Below are positions 26,829 to 26,951 of a stretch of DNA of 26,951 nt, piece after piece. The notes under the pieces were generated by a model. The model did no database searches, had not been told where the DNA came from, and was given only the letters and a program-made list of their open reading frames with translations. Position 1 is the stretch's first letter; every line of letters starts with the position of its first letter. The stretch comes from Candidatus Fraserbacteria bacterium (GTDB lineage: Bacteria; Bipolaricaulota; Bipolaricaulia; RBG-16-55-9), in contig JBBIPG010000032.1 of the NCBI GenBank assembly GCA_037442925.1, positions 1 to 26,951 of the forward strand, given 5' to 3'. The position numbers and the translations under genes were made by a program.

Positions 26829-26885
26829 TTGCCTCATCAAAAAAGTACTCCAAACGGGATCGTTGCCTCAGGTAAGAAAGTACTC
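26829..26885 (+). repeat. Imperfect tandem direct repeat (TTGCCTCA-N5/6-AAAGTACTC) x2, candidate regulator sites
   Basis: Copies at 26829-26850 and 26863-26885. Confidence 0.6.
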
Positions 26886-26932
26886 GAACCCGAGAGGAGG
26901 TTTTGGTTGTCTCTCAGAGCAAGGAGGCAACC

Positions 26933-26951
26933 ATGGAACTGACCATGAGGC
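26933..26951 (+). CDS. Start of a gene truncated by the window edge (MELTMR...)
   Basis: AAGGAGG RBS at 26921-26927, then ATG 26933. Confidence 0.6.

Noticed and set aside
26829..26885. CRISPR mini-array
   Set aside because: Only two short degenerate copies with a 12-nt gap, and no cas genes in the window.

Overview
Bacterial chromosomal window, moderately GC-rich, from a deep-branching lineage. The 16S looks divergent and may be Ca. Bipolaricaulota/Acetothermia-like; this is a tentative impression, not a search result. In order, the window holds: a stand-alone 16S rRNA gene (about 57-1607) with its processing stem but no following tRNA or 23S; a membrane-anchored SurA/PrsA-type PPIase fused to a long TPR array; a minus-strand operon (YVTN beta-propeller, oppA-B-C-D-F, LEA_2-like protein, small membrane protein); two divergently transcribed tandem oppABC-type cassettes with no ATPases of their own; then a CRP/FNR regulator, an orphan yidD, uvrB and a small minus-strand two-ORF unit. 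The main finding is a complete 1285-bp TnpB-only IS200/IS605 element (16335-17619, minus strand). Its ends, guide tetranucleotides, TAM (TTAC), leaderless promoter and omegaRNA guide can all be read from the sequence. Its TnpB has a rearranged, Fanzor-like RuvC-II. It inserted at the stop codon of oppB and replaced ACG-TAA with ACG-TGA, so the host protein is unchanged, and the whole insert is stop-free in one host-sense frame. The 16S also shows co-varying changes in the central pseudoknot, four 27F primer mismatches and a shortened helix 44.
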